From a virus (lineage: Duplodnaviria; Caudoviricetes), in the IMG/VR virus record IMGVR_UViG_3300024518_004078, positions 1-50,056 of that record: 50,056 nt of DNA; one strand, 5' to 3'. The notes beneath the pieces were generated by a model. That model was not told where the DNA came from. It was given only the letters and a program-made list of their open reading frames with translations, and did not search any database. Below, piece by piece: positions 37,623-46,882 of the stretch (its first letter is position 1; every line of letters begins with the position of its first letter). Made by a program: the position numbers and the translations under genes.

Positions 37623-38521
37623 TAAAACGTGTCTCCCTTTTTCGCCCCGTCCCTTTTCGCCCCGTCCGCCGTTTTAGCATCCGTTCCCCCTGCTGGTTGA
37701 TCGGTCGGTTTATCCGCAGCCGGTTCAACCCGTTCAACCGTCGCGGCGATCTCCCCGGCTAAATCTTCCGGCGAACTGCCGGGTCCGCGATCGGCGGCCG
37801 CTTTCTCTTCACGAATGGCCGCCTCTTTCTTGTCATCTTCGACCACGGCTTTTACTACGGTTTTGATATACATATTTCTTAATAGAGCTTTGATAACTGT
37901 TTTAATTGCCATGCCGTCAAACGACTTGCCCCAGGCGGAATCGGGTTTCATACTCCGACCGTAGATTTTGGCATGATCCCAAACTTGTTGGGCCGACATA
38001 TATTTTACATTCGTTCGTCCGTTTGTCATCAGGATCGCGGCGTAGTATCCAAGGGCAGGCCCGCGATCGGTCAGGGCAATGTCGTGGTGATAAATATCTC
38101 CGGTCACGGCTTTAGATATTCTAAATGTATCGTTCGTATAAACCGCGTCCGCCGTCATGGTTTCGACCTCTGGAGACTCCAGCGCCAACGCGATCAGGCC
38201 GTTTTTCATTAGCTGAAAATTCGCCTGATATTTACCGGTCTTATCCTTGTACGCGATGATCGTACCTTGCGCAAATTGAGGGTTTAAACTGATCCCCGTG
38301 CTCGCGGCGCGTTGTAGCGCGTTAAACAAGGAGATCTCCCCGTCTTTCGAATTTAAGCACGCCTGCAGATTTTTGTCTTGACAAATCAAAAAGTGCGCAC
38401 CGTTCATGAACTCTTGCTCTTTGCTGGTATCTCCTAGCAGCTTTTTTAGCCCGTTGATTTTGCCTTTTAGGTAATCCCCTACAATCGCACGTTCGGATTT
38501 TTGTATTTCTTTATTTGCCAT
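37622..38521 (-). CDS. recT: RecT-family single-strand annealing protein
   Basis: AASTGISLNP, FQLMKNGLI.LA, VYTNDTF, GYYA and W..SFDGMAIKTVIK; adjacent to YqaJ. Confidence 0.9.
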   Translation of the reverse strand: MANKEIQKSERAIVGDYLKGKINGLKKLLGDTSKEQEFMNGAHFLICQDKNLQACLNSKDGEISLFNALQRAASTGISLNPQFAQGTIIAYKDKTGKYQANFQLMKNGLIALALESPEVETMTADAVYTNDTFRISKAVTGDIYHHDIALTDRGPALGYYAAILMTNGRTNVKYMSAQQVWDHAKIYGRSMKPDSAWGKSFDGMAIKTVIKALLRNMYIKTVVKAVVEDDKKEAAIREEKAAADRGPGSSPEDLAGEIAATVERVEPAADKPTDQPAGGTDAKTADGAKRDGAKKGDTF

Positions 38522-38564
38522 CTTTGATCCCTTTCGTGTGTGGCGCGGTTATCGCGGCCAGTTC

Positions 38565-39518
38565 CTAACGGTACGTTTTACCATTATAAGAAGCAAGCTT
38601 TTTTCCGGTTGAATCGCGCAAAATCCACTTTTCGACGGACTCGTCGTCTATCGGTTTTTCCGCTTGACTTCCCATATATTTTAGTATTTCGGTTTTTAAC
38701 GCGGTCTTTCTTTTGTTGGCCTCTGAAATTTCTTTTCCAATGGCTTGGTATTCTCTTGCCAGCGATTCGATCCGCTCGTCTGCTAAGATGGTTCCCTTGG
38801 GGGCGGTGAAAAGCGCGCGCACGTCTGAATAGTCGACCGCCTCCGGAGGTACGCGCGGAATTACATATGTCTCCCAAAAGTCGACTTCGGCGGCTATTAT
38901 TTTTTTTTGAACTTCCGGGTTGGCTTGGATCCGGTATTCGTGGAAATATCCGAGATCCGCCAGGGTCGAAACCCATTGTTCCCAGTCGATGTTTTCGTTT
39001 TCCAGTTGGGCGATCTCGTCTTGACGGCGTGGGAAAACTAACACGGTAACAAACGCGCGAGGTAACCGAGCCACGGCCATATTGTGCTGAACTTGACATT
39101 GGTATTCAGTCGGTATTTTATCAGTGCCAGGCTCGCCCCATTTGTTGCTGAACGTAATCGCGTTTGTTGTTTTGCCTTCGAAAAGTTCCCGGTGTGTGAT
39201 CTGCCCATCGATATGGCATGTCAAAAAATCGTAATCAGGATGCACAAAAGCTTTCTCCTGATTGAATATCAGATATTTCCCGCCATCCTCCGCGCTCTCG
39301 GTTTCTAAAAACTCAATGATCGGCCCCTCCGCCGCGTTCCCTAATTCCGTAGCCGCGTTCCCTTCGAATATTTCGCGTTTGTATCCGTTCGCCTCACAAA
39401 AACCCGGCTCCAACTCCTCCACAATATCCATCCAGACAGACACCGGAGTTTTGAACGCATTAAGGCCGAGTATCGCGGACGCTCTCGATCCTGATATTTT
39501 GCTTGGTAGGGATCCCAT
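38565..39518 (-). CDS. YqaJ-like (lambda exonuclease family) nuclease
   Basis: ISGSRASAILG.N.FKTP, GNAAE, CHIDG, FEGKT, YQCQVQHNM and DFWE.YV. Confidence 0.92.
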   Translation of the reverse strand: MGSLPSKISGSRASAILGLNAFKTPVSVWMDIVEELEPGFCEANGYKREIFEGNAATELGNAAEGPIIEFLETESAEDGGKYLIFNQEKAFVHPDYDFLTCHIDGQITHRELFEGKTTNAITFSNKWGEPGTDKIPTEYQCQVQHNMAVARLPRAFVTVLVFPRRQDEIAQLENENIDWEQWVSTLADLGYFHEYRIQANPEVQKKIIAAEVDFWETYVIPRVPPEAVDYSDVRALFTAPKGTILADERIESLAREYQAIGKEISEANKRKTALKTEILKYMGSQAEKPIDDESVEKWILRDSTGKKLASYNGKTYR

Positions 39519-39805
39519 TATTTGTCGTCCCGCGTTTTAACCGTTGCCAAGAGCGCGCGGGCGGCGTCCAGGTTGAAACGCGCTCGGACTTCTGTTTTTG
39601 CCGCTCTTTCCCATTTTTCTAAGCAATCACCTTCTAAGTGTTCCGCCGCTTCTATCTCAGTATCAAAATAATATACACCCTCGCTGATCCGTTGACGTCG
39701 CCGTCCATTGATCCATACACTGGCCTTAGTAGAGCGTTCAACCTGTATTTTTTCTATTCCACAACGTTGCCATCTCCATGACGTTAATTCATAAACCGTT
39801 TTCAT
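39518..39805 (-). CDS. Hypothetical protein
   Basis: TAATG coupling with YqaJ; VERSTKASVWING..YYFDT. Confidence 0.65.
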   Translation of the reverse strand: MKTVYELTSWRWQRCGIEKIQVERSTKASVWINGRRRQRISEGVYYFDTEIEAAEHLEGDCLEKWERAAKTEVRARFNLDAARALLATVKTRDDK

Positions 39806-39964
39806 AATTCACCATCCTCTTTCTCCGGCGCCCCACAATACAAACAATAGGCCCAGACGCCAAAACCGGGGTCGTCCTCCGATTCTTCAAAATGGGCCGT
39901 GTGTTCCAAATCCTCCGACCCGTAGACCGGGAAAATACATTTTCCTTTTTCGTCGGTGCAGTCT

Positions 39965-40417
39965 TTACAGATCATCGATCGACTTTTCGCGGCCGTCCAT
40001 AATGACGATCATGCTATCGTGCATCCCGCATTTTCCGGATACAAAAACGCCCTTACTATTGACGCCCTCAAATTTTACACGCCCCCGGAGAAATCGGATC
40101 GGCTCCGTAATGTTCGGCTGGATTACGTCGTGAAATAATTTCGTACTAGTCGAAACCGGTAACAATAAAACGCACAGCTTCCCGGCGCCCCAAGACATTT
40201 CAACCGCGCGGCATACAAAAGCCGTTTTCAGTCTCAGAGAGTACGGCGGGTTGATAAAATTCCGGGATCCCCATTCGATTTCTAGGCCGTCTGTCTCCGG
40301 GGCGCCGTCCCAATGTAGAGGACACGGATCGAAATCAAAATTGAATTCCGTATTCAATTCGTTATAGAGCGATTCTGGAGTTTTCCAATTATCGTGTATT
40401 TTCGTTCGGGTTTTCAT
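39965..40417 (-). CDS. Phage-type DNA N6-adenine methyltransferase
   Basis: DNWKTP, FDFDPC, catalytic FINPPYS, LLPVST.T and FLRGRVKF. Confidence 0.88.
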   Translation of the reverse strand: MKTRTKIHDNWKTPESLYNELNTEFNFDFDPCPLHWDGAPETDGLEIEWGSRNFINPPYSLRLKTAFVCRAVEMSWGAGKLCVLLLPVSTSTKLFHDVIQPNITEPIRFLRGRVKFEGVNSKGVFVSGKCGMHDSMIVIMDGREKSIDDL

Positions 40418-40419
40418 TT

Positions 40420-40605
40420 TTAACCCCGTCTACTTTCCAAAAAAGCCACCAATAACAAAATAGCGTTCTCCATCTTCGCGCTAATATTCCGCCGCCCCGC
40501 GCGCCAATGTCCAATTGATGAGATATTGACACCTAGATTGATCGCCATGGTTATATTGTCCATCTTTAGATCCTTTTGGATCTGTTTGAATTCGGAGGGG
40601 GTCAC
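40420..40605 (-). CDS. Small XRE/Cro-like HTH protein
   Basis: MTPSEFKQIQKDL..MAINLGVNISSIGHWRAGRR.I. Confidence 0.8.
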   Translation of the reverse strand: MTPSEFKQIQKDLKMDNITMAINLGVNISSIGHWRAGRRNISAKMENAILLLVAFLESRRG

Positions 40606-40811
40606 GGTTGTGCCGTGCCGATTTCCATCTTAGTAACGTAAATTTCAGATCCGGTGGTTCCCCAAATATATCGATGGGGACCGGCGATAATTTCCGTTAT
40701 CAGTGGAAAACTCCGGAACAGCTCGGCGGCCTTATCTATTCCGATCTCGCAATTTACGGCCATTATCCCGGTTTCTTTATCCCATTTTTTTATTTCGCCT
40801 ATTCCAGTCAT
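40602..40811 (-). CDS. Hypothetical protein
   Basis: GGGAG RBS before ATG 40811; stop overlaps the next start. Confidence 0.55.
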   Translation of the reverse strand: MTGIGEIKKWDKETGIMAVNCEIGIDKAAELFRSFPLITEIIAGPHRYIWGTTGSEIYVTKMEIGTAQP

Positions 40812-40812
40812 T

Positions 40813-41016
40813 TTATGCGCTCCCGAATCTGTCAGAGTAAAAACATCTCCCGTTGTGATCCTCCTCAAATCCCAGAATTCCCAGCTCCACCCTATCCGCC
40901 CCCGATACATCGGACGGGTCGACATGGACATACCTCACGCCATGACTGCACGTGGTCGGGTGTTCGTCGTCTTTGTATTGACAAAATATCTGTAATGCTT
41001 TTATTAAATCTTTCAT
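40813..41016 (-). CDS. Small phage hypothetical protein
   Basis: AAGGGG RBS; MKDLIKALQIF..FYSDRFGSA; candidate promoter TTGACA-16-TATTAT at 41041-41068. Confidence 0.65.
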   Translation of the reverse strand: MKDLIKALQIFCQYKDDEHPTTCSHGVRYVHVDPSDVSGADRVELGILGFEEDHNGRCFYSDRFGSA

Positions 41017-41095
41017 CCCAATTCCCCTTTCGTTCTCTCCATAATAAACTACTAGGTAGCCCTGTCAACCGAAATCGACACCCACCGAAATAAAA

Positions 41096-41326
41096 TTATT
41101 CCGACGATTTCAAAACCTCCAAAACATCATCTACCCGTGCGCCAATATCGCACATTTTTTCGATCTCCTCTTGTTTCGGTACCGGCGCCAACTTAGCAGA
41201 CAGACACGCCTGCTTAACCGACTGTCTCACGGTGTTTTTCGATATCCCCGCGCAACTGGTTAGAATTAGAGCGAAGACTACCCCTATCATTGCGGTTACT
41301 GTAAATTCTGAAATCCATTTTTTCAT
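41096..41326 (-). CDS. Predicted lipoprotein
   Basis: MKK, hydrophobic stretch, lipobox-like LTSC; AAGGAG RBS. Confidence 0.7.
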   Translation of the reverse strand: MKKWISEFTVTAMIGVVFALILTSCAGISKNTVRQSVKQACLSAKLAPVPKQEEIEKMCDIGARVDDVLEVLKSSE

Positions 41327-41331
41327 AAAAA

Positions 41332-41619
41332 TTACTCCTTAAACGATTGAACAGCGGATTCAATCTCTTGTTCGCTTACTTCCAAATTAAACCAGTGTTC
41401 CAACACGTGGCCGAACTCATGCATTATAGTCTCAACTATAGCCCTTTTCCTATCGTCGGTCGTAAATTCCACCGGGTTATTATCCTCGTCGACCAGCTCA
41501 CCAAGCAGGTAATCTACATTGATCACAATCAAGGGTTCATCGTCTACCGGCCCCTCCATATTCCGGAGATAGGCCCCAACGGCCGGTAGAGAATCGCCCC
41601 TGTTTACTCTGATTTTCAT
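41332..41619 (-). CDS. HExxH zincin-like small protein
   Basis: TIMHEFGHVLEH followed by EQEIE. Confidence 0.7.
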   Translation of the reverse strand: MKIRVNRGDSLPAVGAYLRNMEGPVDDEPLIVINVDYLLGELVDEDNNPVEFTTDDRKRAIVETIMHEFGHVLEHWFNLEVSEQEIESAVQSFKE

Positions 41620-42065
41620 TTCGATTCATCCTGTGAGATCTCATGGGCAAACTCGAAGGCCAGCGCGCCCACAACACCGTAATTATCTGCGCGGTTTTCT
41701 TCAAACAGCGGGTGTTCTTCCAGTTCCTCTTTCGTCGGTTCGGTCATAGAGTGGCCGATCTCGTGCCCGAAAAAGTATATCAAGTCAACCAGGGTTACCC
41801 GCTCCCTATCCACGGCGATGTAAATGATCCACTTCCCCTCTCCATCCTCCTCTATCATTCCAAACACCGGCTGTATCTTGACAGACTCCCGGTAGTCTGT
41901 TATGGAAACGTCTTCTTCTTTGCCCTCCGAATCCATCGAGAATGGGGAAAGCCCCTCTTTCTCTAAGTGGTCAACGGCTTCATCAAAAGTTATCTCTTTG
42001 ACGGTGTATTTATCCCGCTGGTCGATCACCCAGGCTACCAGATCACTTTTTCCGTGTATTTTCAT
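41616..42065 (-). CDS. HExxH zincin protein, ImmA/IrrE-like
   Basis: FFGHEIGH...EENRADNYG. Confidence 0.7.
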   Translation of the reverse strand: MKIHGKSDLVAWVIDQRDKYTVKEITFDEAVDHLEKEGLSPFSMDSEGKEEDVSITDYRESVKIQPVFGMIEEDGEGKWIIYIAVDRERVTLVDLIYFFGHEIGHSMTEPTKEELEEHPLFEENRADNYGVVGALAFEFAHEISQDESK

Positions 42066-42075
42066 TGAAAAGGGC

Positions 42076-42288
42076 TCACATTCTGTTTCTTGTTATGCTC
42101 CGACGAAAGGCCAATAAATCCATCATGAGTCTGGTATCAGACTCTACCATGGGGCGCCCTGCCACGCGGTCCTCAACCCCTTTGATAAGTTTATCAATCT
42201 CGGTGATCTCAAAATCCCTATCGGCTTTTGTCTCTACAACTCGGCCCGTCTCCAAACCTTCCGGCCCACCATCTTCATATTCTTTCAT
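42076..42288 (-). CDS. Hypothetical protein
   Basis: AAAGGA RBS; packed operon. Confidence 0.55.
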   Translation of the reverse strand: MKEYEDGGPEGLETGRVVETKADRDFEITEIDKLIKGVEDRVAGRPMVESDTRLMMDLLAFRRSITRNRM

Positions 42289-42612
42289 TTCTCTTTTCCT
42301 TTCGACGCCGCCCGTCGGCGTAAATTAATAACTTTTCTCGCTAACTCGTCTCGCTCTTTTCGTACTAGGATAAGAGCATCGTTTAATTCTTTTATATCTT
42401 CCATCAATTGAGCGTTTTCGAATTTTAATAGATCTTCTTTTGTTATCATTTTATTTTAACCGGATCTTTAAAAACCGCCCCCGTCCAACGTGTCAAGGCG
42501 TTGAGTGTCGAAAGGGGGCGACCATATCCATCGATCGTAACTTCCACAGATTGTATAATCGGCGACCGGAGTCGCCTTTCTTTTTAGTTGTTTTGCCTCG
42601 ACATTCATTATT

Positions 42613-42963
42613 TTATTTTAATCGGTTGGCGGTGTCAATTTTTTTATTTATCTCCAGACATTTTCTCGTCTGCCCTGCGGATTTCACAATCAGTCGATGG
42701 CACTCTTTTCTATACTCAACTAATTTGTCCACTATCTTCAGACATTCATCACCGTTATCCGCCACCGCGTAAAATTGCTCTTGACTTCTTTCGATTTCTG
42801 CTTTCCATCGGGACGCCTGCCAAATATTCGTTAACGAGAGAATCGCCAAACACGCCAGGGCGACCCATTGGGGAAAGTTTGTTTTTTTATCGTTTCTCCT
42901 TAACTCAAAAAGCTCCTCTTTCAATTCGGTGGCGGCTTTTTCGGTTTCTGGGCTCGTTTTCAT
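42613..42963 (-). CDS. Membrane-anchored coiled-coil protein
   Basis: GGAGG RBS; one hydrophobic helix. Confidence 0.6.
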   Translation of the reverse strand: MKTSPETEKAATELKEELFELRRNDKKTNFPQWVALACLAILSLTNIWQASRWKAEIERSQEQFYAVADNGDECLKIVDKLVEYRKECHRLIVKSAGQTRKCLEINKKIDTANRLK

Positions 42964-43217
42964 GATTCCTCCGCGTTTCTCTTCTTCGGTTCACGCCACT
43001 CCACTTTGACAATATGCCTTTTTTCTTCTGAAAACCAACCTTCAGGTTGTGTGACACGCCACCTTTTTCGTCCCACGAGAAATACAATTTCCCCTCCACA
43101 CTTGGGGCACACCTCATAGGGGCCATACCAAGGTTGAGGTACACGTTTTAGACAATCCACACACCTCGGCATTCTGTTCCAAATCGTCCAGTACTCATCT
43201 CCCGCTTTACTTTTCAT
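42960..43217 (-). CDS. Zinc-ribbon hypothetical protein
   Basis: CVDC..CPKC; GGGAGG RBS. Confidence 0.6.
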   Translation of the reverse strand: MKSKAGDEYWTIWNRMPRCVDCLKRVPQPWYGPYEVCPKCGGEIVFLVGRKRWRVTQPEGWFSEEKRHIVKVEWREPKKRNAEES

Positions 43218-43561
43218 TTTCCCTCCCTTTCATGCGTTTCGATCAGTATTTCAAAAGACCGCTCAAGAGTATGGAACGCCCGCTGTTGAACTAACATCAC
43301 TTTTTCTAGACGTTCGCTTTCTAGTTCGTATTTTGCGACCAGTTCGCTCTTTTCTTTTGCGTGTCGTCTTTTGAGGCTGTCCTTTTCTTCCATGTGGTTT
43401 TGACTAATGTAGGATTCAGTCTGCCAATTTCTTTTTCCCTCCCTTTTGTTATTTTCCTTCAGGCGACACACCATATCTTCCAGACTCTTTATCTCAGCTT
43501 GTAACTCTTTCCGGCCCGGCTCCCCTGAATCCGGTTTCTTCTTTTTTCGCCACCAACTCAT
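43214..43561 (-). CDS. Coiled-coil hypothetical protein
   Basis: GGAGGT RBS; ATGA overlaps. Confidence 0.6.
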   Translation of the reverse strand: MSWWRKKKKPDSGEPGRKELQAEIKSLEDMVCRLKENNKREGKRNWQTESYISQNHMEEKDSLKRRHAKEKSELVAKYELESERLEKVMLVQQRAFHTLERSFEILIETHEREGK

Positions 43562-43881
43562 TCGAAAACCTCCCCACAATCAGAACAGAGTCGGCAACCG
43601 CTGCGCGGTAGATCCTCGATCTCAGTACTGCAACATATCGGACAAATAACTACCCCGGCCGCGCCCTCCGGTTTTGCTAAATCCGGCACACCTAGATCTT
43701 CTCGCATCTTCAAAAGTAACTCCGATTGCCGAGACATATTTAACGACCCGGCCGCCCACTTTTCCACCGTGCGCTTATCGACCCCGAATACCTCTCCCAT
43801 TTGTGGCCAGGTGAGCCCGTGTTTTTGTTTGAAGTTCCGAATCGATTTTGCGTTTTTTTTCGTTTTATCGGCGTTTTTCAT
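43558..43881 (-). CDS. XRE-type HTH protein with C-terminal zinc ribbon
   Basis: GLTWPQMGEVFGVDKRTVEKWAAG; CPIC..CSDC. Confidence 0.78.
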   Translation of the reverse strand: MKNADKTKKNAKSIRNFKQKHGLTWPQMGEVFGVDKRTVEKWAAGSLNMSRQSELLLKMREDLGVPDLAKPEGAAGVVICPICCSTEIEDLPRSGCRLCSDCGEVFE

Positions 43882-44087
43882 TTCGGATCCGTCCATCCCT
43901 CATCTGTGAAAATGTAGTTCTCAGGCGCGATAGCCCAGGCAAATGAATATGGGTAAAAAGCCTCAAACACTACAAGCGCATCAATAGCTTGAAGCCTAGT
44001 CCAGTCGGTATGCTGGTTACTGGCGCGCCCCGATATACTCGACCCATCGCAGTTTACCAATTTATATTTTCCTTTTTCTTTTTTCAT
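43878..44087 (-). CDS. Hypothetical protein
   Basis: GAGGG RBS; ATGA overlaps. Confidence 0.55.
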   Translation of the reverse strand: MKKEKGKYKLVNCDGSSISGRASNQHTDWTRLQAIDALVVFEAFYPYSFAWAIAPENYIFTDEGWTDPK

Positions 44088-44266
44088 CTTTCCCTCTTCT
44101 TTTCGATCGCCTCGATACACTGTTTAATCCAACCTTTTGCGAAGTCACCCAGTCCCTCACCATCTAGTGCCTCGTCAATCATCACTATTGGATCGATTCC
44201 CCTCTTTATGCTCTCATCGGCGGAATCGCGCCCGGTTTCATATCTGGTTTTTTTCGGTTTTTTCAT
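44084..44266 (-). CDS. Hypothetical protein
   Basis: GGAGGTG RBS; ATGA overlaps. Confidence 0.55.
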   Translation of the reverse strand: MKKPKKTRYETGRDSADESIKRGIDPIVMIDEALDGEGLGDFAKGWIKQCIEAIEKKRER

Positions 44267-44493
44267 CCCATCACCTCCAAAATCCGACGCAACTCCCCGG
44301 TAAACCCTCCGGCCGCGCACACCGACGGGATCCCGGTTTTCAGTGAGATCGATATATTTCCTATAACAGCCTTCGTGCCCCGGATATTTTTTTTGACAAA
44401 AACTTTCGTCTCGTCTCTGCCTTCCCAAATAAATCCGGATAACCCCGATCCGATGACGGCAGTTAGGATCTCGCTTGCTTTTTCCATTTTCAT
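44263..44493 (-). CDS. Hypothetical protein
   Basis: Follows the third repeated leader (AAGGGG RBS). Confidence 0.6.
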   Translation of the reverse strand: MKMEKASEILTAVIGSGLSGFIWEGRDETKVFVKKNIRGTKAVIGNISISLKTGIPSVCAAGGFTGELRRILEVMG

Positions 44494-44559
44494 TTCGTCC
44501 CCTTTGTTTGTGTCCCTCATCATGTAAACAGTTATGTCACGGTCTTGAGCCGTGGTCAA
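44491..44559 (-). promoter_or_regulatory. Repeated promoter/leader cassette, copy 3 (diverged)
   Basis: TTGACC; CACGG-N7-CCGTG palindrome; shared CATGATGAGGGACACA leader; weak -10. Confidence 0.65.
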
Positions 44560-44771
44560 GGGTTATTTTGATATTCCGGTACGTTCTTTTTTACCCAGTT
44601 AGAATAAGCGCGATCCTCACATTGATCCCTATCCAACCAGGGTTGCCACGACTTCGCGCCGTTCACCCACACATAAAAGCCGTCCAGGCAACCGAGCCAC
44701 GTTCGGGGCCGCGATTTTACAACCATCTTTTGACCGTCCACGTAAAACGTTCTTTGTTTTGAACAGCCCAT
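44556..44771 (-). CDS. Hypothetical protein
   Basis: GGGG RBS; Trp-rich. Confidence 0.55.
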   Translation of the reverse strand: MGCSKQRTFYVDGQKMVVKSRPRTWLGCLDGFYVWVNGAKSWQPWLDRDQCEDRAYSNWVKKNVPEYQNNP

Positions 44772-44772
44772 C

Positions 44773-44955
44773 TTACCAATCCCCCAATTTTTTCGCGACC
44801 GACTTGCAATCCCAACAAAGCGGCGATCCTGTTTTCTCCTCGTGCGCCTTGTTATCCGCCACGGTGCGGAGCCACGTGGCCGTATTTCTGCAACCGGCGT
44901 CAAAGGTTACGTGTTTTTTTTCTGATTTACTGAGCTTTTTCCATCCTTTAACCAT
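44773..44955 (-). CDS. Hypothetical protein
   Basis: AGGGAAAGAAAATG RBS-start, shared with copies 1 and 2 of the cassette; CWDC. Confidence 0.6.
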   Translation of the reverse strand: MVKGWKKLSKSEKKHVTFDAGCRNTATWLRTVADNKAHEEKTGSPLCWDCKSVAKKLGDW

Positions 44956-44994
44956 TTTCTTTCCCTTTCGGTGGTAACTCCCGACTACTCAATA

Positions 44995-45024
44995 AACATA
45001 ACCCAGGCGTGAGACCGTGGTCAA
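44995..45024 (-). promoter_or_regulatory. Sigma70-like promoter of the same family, copy 4
   Basis: TTGACC-18-TATGTT; spacer ACGGTCTCACGCC is a hybrid of the spacers in copies 1-3. Confidence 0.6.
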
Positions 45025-45167
45025 CACCTTTTTAATTATTTTTTCACTTTCTCACTTTTTATCGTTATCCCGGTTGATTCTCTCTATCGCACGCCATGAG
45101 TACACTATTAATGTCAGGGCGCAAGAGGTCAGAAATAGGACAACCGCTTCTTTTATTTCGAGTGGGG

Positions 45168-45482
45168 TCACTTCGGATCCTCCGCGCACCAACCCGGCCG
45201 ATCGGGGTAGATTTCGCAGCTTGAACAGTAGCAACCCGGCAGACCGGTCCGGATCGATCTCCATTTACAATCGCGGCAATTTCGAACGGTCGACCCACTT
45301 TCGATTTTTTCGATCTCCGTGTTTTCTAGGGTTTCGAGTTCGGCGCCGTAGTCGGTTCGTTTGCGTGCCAAGCGGAGGGCTTCTATCTCCCCCACTGCGT
45401 GCATCTGGCGCGTCAATTCTATCCTCTTATCCCGCAGCCAATCGATCCTCCCCATCTTCTCCATTAATTCTTTTATGATCAT
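45168..45482 (-). CDS. Coiled-coil plus Cys-rich hypothetical protein
   Basis: GGAGGG RBS; CRDC..CSSC..W, similar in pattern to modules in 646..1056. Confidence 0.6.
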   Translation of the reverse strand: MIIKELMEKMGRIDWLRDKRIELTRQMHAVGEIEALRLARKRTDYGAELETLENTEIEKIESGSTVRNCRDCKWRSIRTGLPGCYCSSCEIYPDRPGWCAEDPK

Positions 45483-45715
45483 TTTGATCCCTCCAATGCA
45501 GCGATGGCGCAGCGTAGGCCTGATAGGGCGATATCGGCCGAGAGACGGGGAAGGGGTAAAAGACGCATCAAGAGAGCCTGTATCGCCCCTAAACTATCCT
45601 CGTGATCCTGGCCCTCCAATATGTCATACATCTTTTGTACGTCCTCCTCCGGAAGTCCATATATTAGGGATAGTGACTCGATTCTTTTTTTAATTTCGTT
45701 CTCCGTTTCGGTCAT
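45479..45715 (-). CDS. Hypothetical protein
   Basis: AAGGAG RBS; ATGA overlaps. Confidence 0.6.
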   Translation of the reverse strand: MTETENEIKKRIESLSLIYGLPEEDVQKMYDILEGQDHEDSLGAIQALLMRLLPLPRLSADIALSGLRCAIAALEGSK

Positions 45716-46041
45716 TTTAACATCTCCTTTAGCATTTCGAGGGCGTCGGGTGCGATGCCGGTCGTATCTCCTGATTTGTTCCGGCAAGCGACAACACCGT
45801 TAAATGCATCCGTTATGTTGGCGCCCACGTTTTGGCAGATATGCAAACCGGCGGCAAAAACAGCCGCAAAAATCATCTTTTCCCCGTCGGTTAGTCGCTG
45901 GCGATCCGGGGTAATCGGCGGTGACAGTCCGGCGTCATCGGGGCAATCGGAAAGTCTACACCGACTATCGCGCGAATCCGGGTGGGTACAGCTAAAAATT
46001 CCACTATTGGTATATTTACAATCTTTTTTTTCGTTTTTCAT
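45712..46041 (-). CDS. Hypothetical protein
   Basis: GAGGGG RBS; Cys-rich N-terminus. Confidence 0.6.
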   Translation of the reverse strand: MKNEKKDCKYTNSGIFSCTHPDSRDSRCRLSDCPDDAGLSPPITPDRQRLTDGEKMIFAAVFAAGLHICQNVGANITDAFNGVVACRNKSGDTTGIAPDALEMLKEMLK

Positions 46042-46226
46042 TCCGTCCCCTCTTTCTCCTCAACAACCGCGTCCGCTTTGACTACCAGCCCGGTGTCTTC
46101 GCTGTATTCTATTGAGTCGGCCCAGACCTCGATCGACCATAGAAGGCAGCTGATATCCTTGAATCCATCCTTATTTTTCGCGGTCTTCCCGCACGCATTA
46201 CAAACCCATATTTTTTTTCGTTTCAT
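46038..46226 (-). CDS. Hypothetical protein
   Basis: GAGGT RBS; WVCNACGK. Confidence 0.6.
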   Translation of the reverse strand: MKRKKIWVCNACGKTAKNKDGFKDISCLLWSIEVWADSIEYSEDTGLVVKADAVVEEKEGTE

Positions 46227-46417
46227 TTTACCTCGCTTTCCAAACATTCCTTACAGCGCTTGAGTGTGTCCATGATTTTCTCAGTAGTATTCGCCTTTTT
46301 ATCGGATATTAAAGGTCGGCGAAAGATTCTACAAAAATAGTTCTCATCAAAATGTCGACAGTCCGAGCAAGACACACCATCGGCCCAGATCGTTAATTCG
46401 CCTATTTTTATTTGCAT
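46223..46417 (-). CDS. Cys-rich hypothetical protein
   Basis: AAGGAG RBS; CSDC..C..RCKECL. Confidence 0.6.
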   Translation of the reverse strand: MQIKIGELTIWADGVSCSDCRHFDENYFCRIFRRPLISDKKANTTEKIMDTLKRCKECLESEVK

Positions 46418-46490
46418 TTTTCCTCTCCTTTAACCTTTGTCACCTGCTCGTCAAATATTTCGAATCTGCGGCCATCTTGTTCATGTTTCA

Positions 46491-46679
46491 TTATTTCGCC
46501 GCCTTCCAATATTCGCAACCGGCGCAAATTTCGCCGATTGGCGACCGGCGAGCCCGCTTTAATCCATCGGTATACGTTGCCCAAGTCCAGCAATAACCGA
46601 AAATATCCGGCTCAAACGGATATTGACACCGGGGATCCGGGTTGCGGTATTTTTCGTATTTTTCGGCTTTTTCACTCAT
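46491..46679 (-). CDS. Cys-rich hypothetical protein
   Basis: GGAGGA RBS. Confidence 0.6.
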   Translation of the reverse strand: MSEKAEKYEKYRNPDPRCQYPFEPDIFGYCWTWATYTDGLKRARRSPIGEICAGCEYWKAAK

Positions 46680-46852
46680 TTCGAGTCCTCCCCTTCCAGT
46701 TTTTCTCCTTTTTCTACTCGCTCCAATTCATTACAAATCAGAATTCCGAGAGCTTTGGCCATCGAAATTTCGTAATCGGTACACAGTTTTTTATACTTTT
46801 TGAATGTTTCATTGTCTACATCAACTCTCATTGTCTTCCCGTAATTCTTCAC
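46676..46852 (-). CDS. Putative ribbon-helix-helix DNA-binding protein, 58 aa (absent from the ORF track)
   Basis: GGAAGG RBS and GTG; MKNYGKTMRVDVDNETFKKYKKLCTDYEISMAKALGILICNEL; first gene of the leftward arm. Confidence 0.6.
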   Translation of the reverse strand: MKNYGKTMRVDVDNETFKKYKKLCTDYEISMAKALGILICNELERVEKGEKLEGEDSK

Positions 46853-46882
46853 TTTTTAGCCTTCCGTTGTGGGTACAAGGGG

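Noticed and set aside
37640-37670. Short direct repeat TTTTCGCCCCGTCC
   Set aside because: Encodes DGAKR/DGAKK in the disordered RecT tail; simple coding duplication
40812-40931. Long N-terminus of ORF 40602..40931
   Set aside because: Overlaps the better-supported 40813..41016 gene; an RBS favours a start at 40811
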